Shown one piece after another: positions 63,593-64,000 of a DNA stretch of 64,000 nucleotides. The stretch's first letter is position 1, and each line of letters starts with the position of its first letter. The stretch comes from an uncultured virus (IMG/VR IMGVR_UViG_3300029288_000156) (taxonomy: Duplodnaviria; Heunggongvirae; Uroviricota; Caudoviricetes): the IMG/VR virus record IMGVR_UViG_3300029288_000156. The stretch is one strand, 5' to 3'. The translations under genes and the position numbers were made by a program. The notes below the pieces were generated by a model that saw nothing but the letters and a program-made list of their open reading frames with translations, did no database searches and was not told where the DNA came from.

Positions 63593-64000
63593 TTATCTTT
63601 GATTATGTATAAAACATAGTTTTTCACCACCATATTTACGGACATAACCTTTTGCTTCAGCAAATTCAGATTCAGTCATTTTCTGTTTCACTGCCCTTCC
63701 GTAGAGCGTTCTCTTGTGCATAACATATCCGGAAATATCTACGTACCAATAATCAGCAGGAACGGTGTGATGTAATCTGAAATTGCTTGCTTTATAAATT
63801 CCACCATCGTGTCCGACAGTCGTGTCGGCGTAGGCTACAATCAATTTACAGCTTATCTGTTTTAAGGCTCTCTTTATAAACCAACTAGCAAAATTCTTTT
63901 TATGGTATGAGGGATGAATACATAACCTAGATAACTCTCGGACCTCTCCATCGACTAGCCCAAACTGGCCAGATGTATTTTGTCGGAGTGGCGGACTAAA
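63593..64000 (-). CDS. Mom-like GNAT domain protein, 5' end beyond the window
   Basis: frame open to the edge: FSPPLRQN...RELSRLCIHPSYHKKNFASWFIKRAL...IVAYAD..GHDGGIYKASNF...HKRTLY; closely similar to 41435-42958. Confidence 0.85.
   Translation of the reverse strand, partial: FSPPLRQNTSGQFGLVDGEVRELSRLCIHPSYHKKNFASWFIKRALKQISCKLIVAYADTTVGHDGGIYKASNFRLHHTVPADYWYVDISGYVMHKRTLYGRAVKQKMTESEFAEAKGYVRKYGGEKLCFIHNQR

Noticed and set aside
1..64000. tRNA/rRNA genes, transposases, integrase
   Set aside because: None were recognised by eye; tRNAscan-SE/Infernal were not run, so small RNAs could be missed.

Overview
A 64-kb segment of a large tailed dsDNA phage genome (T4-like/jumbo style). A Planctomycetota host is suggested only by a DUF1559-style prepilin leader. 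1-21.9 kb holds small early/accessory genes sharing a TTAATN-N16/17-TATAA promoter. They include a GHKL ATPase, a LemA + pilin-leader/TPM pair, a NUDIX hydrolase, a ParB-like protein and thyX. 22-37.7 kb holds large virion proteins (collagen and vWA-like paralogues, an acidic head-type protein, a gp2-like protein). 37.7-51.5 kb holds two Vsr/DUF559-Mom-like fusions, dut, tmk, a second NUDIX, an adenosine deaminase, an 805-aa sigma70-like protein and an HNH nuclease. 51.7-64 kb holds minus-strand propeller-repeat/DUF2341-LamG adhesin genes and a third, truncated Mom-like gene. The standout is 2.05-4.65 kb. A lone Cas7-like RAMP gene (3144-3731) and a winged-HTH gene sit among ten short arrays of 5-nt units (variable NN + conserved GAC-like triplet). 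Most arrays end in (G/C)AC-AAG plus a T-rich tail, and three start right after their own promoter. No cas1/cas2 or CRISPR array is present. This looks like a phage RNA-guided system using a gapped dinucleotide code (VIPR-like, but GAC rather than GGY). All calls come from reading motifs by eye; no database searches were run.
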